IMG/VR virus record: IMGVR_UViG_2734482780_000004
From: a virus
Lineage: Duplodnaviria; Heunggongvirae; Uroviricota; Caudoviricetes
Length of the DNA: 7,365 nt
Direction: 5' to 3' (one strand)
In this document: positions 6,070 to 7,365 of the stretch, in pieces
Layout: every line of letters begins with the position of its first letter
How positions within the stretch are numbered: the first letter of the stretch is position 1
Made by a program: the position numbers and the translations under genes
The notes under the pieces: model-generated
What the model saw: only the letters and a program-made list of their open reading frames with translations
The model's database searches: none
Told to the model about the DNA's origin: nothing

Positions 6070-6690
6070 ATTATTAACAGCATTTACTCTATATATTATG
6101 TATCTTATTTGTTTAATATATGAGACAACAAACAAAATAGCAAAAACCGCCAACGTTATTTTAGATAAGCCATATGTCTCGCCAGTAAACCGTCCTACAA
6201 CGCACAATGTCGCCAAAAGAATAATTGACATTGAAAATATCGTCCTATACATATTCGCAATCTCTTGCAAAGTTTCAATTTTTCCATCCACACCACATGC
6301 TGACACATAATCTTTATAAGGAGCAAACTTAATCAAACGCGATAGTTTTAAAAAAGGTTCCAATACGATAGAACCAATCCGGCCAATGACTAAGCCAACA
6401 AAATAATAGAGGACAACATTTTTTATTAAATCATCGCCAGATAAAACGATATTCGTCATTCTCTCAAGAAGATAAATAAAAAGAGCACCTGGAAAAAGAT
6501 TATTAAATATATTATATGACGATATTTTTTCCCATAAACCATCCATACCAATCACCTTACTACAGTTTAAATCAGAGATCATTTTCATTGAAAAATACAT
6601 ATATAGCAAGAAATCTATAGCGATTCTGACATCCAACCTGAGTCTATCAGTAGTTAATCTCTTCAGAAAAGAGTGCATAACGAAAACCAA
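6058..6690 (-). CDS. Multi-pass membrane protein (about 4 predicted TM helices), 162-210 aa depending on start
   Basis: Track ORF with four hydrophobic segments: LFPGALFIYLL, VVLYYFVGLVIGRIGSIVL, IFSMSIILLATLCVVGRF, ITLAVFAILFVVSYI. The track start at 6690 is TTG; the first ATG is at 6678 with no Shine-Dalgarno. The ATG at 6546 (MDGLWEK) has a good AGGTGAT Shine-Dalgarno (6557-6551). The frame is open across 48 AT-rich codons upstream of 6546, which mildly favours the longer form. Confidence 0.6.
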   Translation of the reverse strand: MVFVMHSFLKRLTTDRLRLDVRIAIDFLLYMYFSMKMISDLNCSKVIGMDGLWEKISSYNIFNNLFPGALFIYLLERMTNIVLSGDDLIKNVVLYYFVGLVIGRIGSIVLEPFLKLSRLIKFAPYKDYVSACGVDGKIETLQEIANMYRTIFSMSIILLATLCVVGRFTGETYGLSKITLAVFAILFVVSYIKQIRYIIYRVNAVNNKLP

Positions 6691-6794
6691 TCACAGGAAA
6701 TCGGCTATGTAAATTTTCGACCGTCGTATATCAATGGTACACCACGCCCCCCACGCTTACATTACTTCTGTGTGATGCCATACTGAGCGAGGTC

Positions 6795-6821
6795 TATATA
6801 AATACTAGTAATTTATCACAA
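6795..6821 (-). promoter_or_regulatory. Candidate sigma70 promoter for the membrane-protein gene
   Basis: On the minus strand, TTGTGA (6821..6816), a 15-nt spacer, then TATATA (6800..6795). The alternative is a 17-nt spacer with TATAGA. It lies about 100 nt upstream of the ORF start. Confidence 0.3.
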
Positions 6822-6840
6822 ACCTGATTTGATCAGCCTC

Positions 6841-6985
6841 GCGATGGCACAAATGCAAGCGGTTTTAACGGACTTCCGTTTCTTTGCTGACGATTTGGTA
6901 TTCTCAGACCGTGTTTTAATGCACCTCTGAGCGCCCTCACGACCGCCGGATCATTCCATTCGATTACCCGTCATCAAATTGATTC
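6841..6985. repeat. Direct repeat copy 1: degenerate, frameshifted duplicate of part of the flanking gene
   Basis: Positions 6859-6985 align with 7191-7320 at about 90% identity by hand alignment (gcggttttaacggacttccgtttctttgctgacgatttgg...). Weaker similarity extends to about 6841 and 7172. In a shifted minus-strand frame copy 1 encodes RVIEWNDPAVVRALRGALKHGLRIPNRQQRNGSPLKPLAFVPSRG, closed immediately upstream by stop codons. Confidence 0.8.
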
Positions 6986-7365
6986 CACTCTGTTATAGTT
7001 GAATATCCCGGCCACTCATCAGCGACCGGATACGTGAATTTTTTCCCGTCATAATTTACGGTTGCCCCACGCGCCAGCGACTCAAGCTCCCATCGCTGAG
7101 GTCTGATACCGTTCTGAGCAAGATCAACGCGAATACGGGTAATTTGCAATCGCTCCGACCTGGTCAGCCTGGCTGATGGCGCTATTTCATGCGGTTTTAA
7201 CGGACTTCCGTTTCTTTGCTGACGATTTGGTGTTCTCAGTCCGCATTTTAATGCACCTCTGAGCGCCCTCACAACCTCCGGGTCACTCCATTCGATAACA
7301 CCGTCATCAACCAGATTAAGCACTGCTGCGGCGTGTTCAGAAGGTGTGGGAGCCGGTAACGAAGT
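6964..7365 (-). CDS. Phage protein of unknown identity, 3' part only (at least 133 codons; N-terminus beyond window end)
   Basis: The minus-strand frame is open from the window end (TSLPAPTPSEHAAAV, then LNLVDDGVIEWSDPEVVRALRGALKCGLRTPNRQQRNGSPLKPHEIAPSA ... TITEWNQFDDG) to stop TAA at 6966..6964. The track start at 7323 is only an internal GTG. Orientation and position fit the distal end of the P2 early/replication operon, but I cannot assign it to gene A or a neighbour from memory. Confidence 0.5.
   Translation of the reverse strand, partial: TSLPAPTPSEHAAAVLNLVDDGVIEWSDPEVVRALRGALKCGLRTPNRQQRNGSPLKPHEIAPSARLTRSERLQITRIRVDLAQNGIRPQRWELESLARGATVNYDGKKFTYPVADEWPGYSTITEWNQFDDG
7172..7320. repeat. 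Direct repeat copy 2: in-frame coding copy inside the flanking gene
   Basis: Partner of the 6841-6985 repeat. It encodes residues NLVDDGVIEWSDPEVVRALRGALKCGLRTPNRQQRNGSPLKPHEIAPSA of the minus-strand gene. Confidence 0.8.

Noticed and set aside
4512-6310. Internal or overlapping ORFs 4512..4760 (minus), 4774..4977, 4981..5199, 5905..6123 and 6098..6310 (plus)
   Set aside because: They are alternative frames of the three cargo genes or span intergenic DNA. None has independent support.
6841-7320. CRISPR array or attachment-site repeat
   Set aside because: There are only two copies of a roughly 130-bp unit, partly coding, with no short regular repeat-spacer periodicity. No tRNA or integrase is nearby, so it is not a CRISPR array and not convincingly an att site.
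1-7365. tRNA, rRNA or insertion-sequence elements
   Set aside because: I saw no cloverleaf-compatible segment, no rRNA-like stretch, and no transposase ORF or terminal inverted repeats bounding the AT-rich island. The island looks like a recombinational cargo swap, not an IS insertion.

Overview
This window is a P2-family prophage segment, read in reverse of the usual P2 map. On the minus strand the capsid-operon genes N (major capsid) and M (small terminase) are intact, and L is present as its 5' part running off the window start. The scaffold gene O survives only as a 92-codon 3' fragment. On the plus strand, the terminase ATPase gene P and portal gene Q survive only as abutting fragments, so the head-assembly region looks collapsed by two deletions. 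A terminator and the P2 19-nt cohesive-end sequence (3818-3836) follow. Right of cos, where P2 carries its tin/old accessory genes, lies a visibly AT-rich cargo island of about 2.7 kb with three uncharacterised genes: a 145-aa protein with a Gly-zipper-like C-terminal tail, a 363-aa metallo-beta-lactamase-fold hydrolase with a variant HxDxDH motif, and a convergent multi-pass membrane protein. This island is the best candidate for an undescribed accessory or anti-phage module. The window ends in the 3' part of a minus-strand phage gene whose coding 3' end is duplicated as a frameshifted ~130-bp direct repeat at the island boundary. All family assignments rest on motif reading and recalled P2 protein sequences; no search was run.
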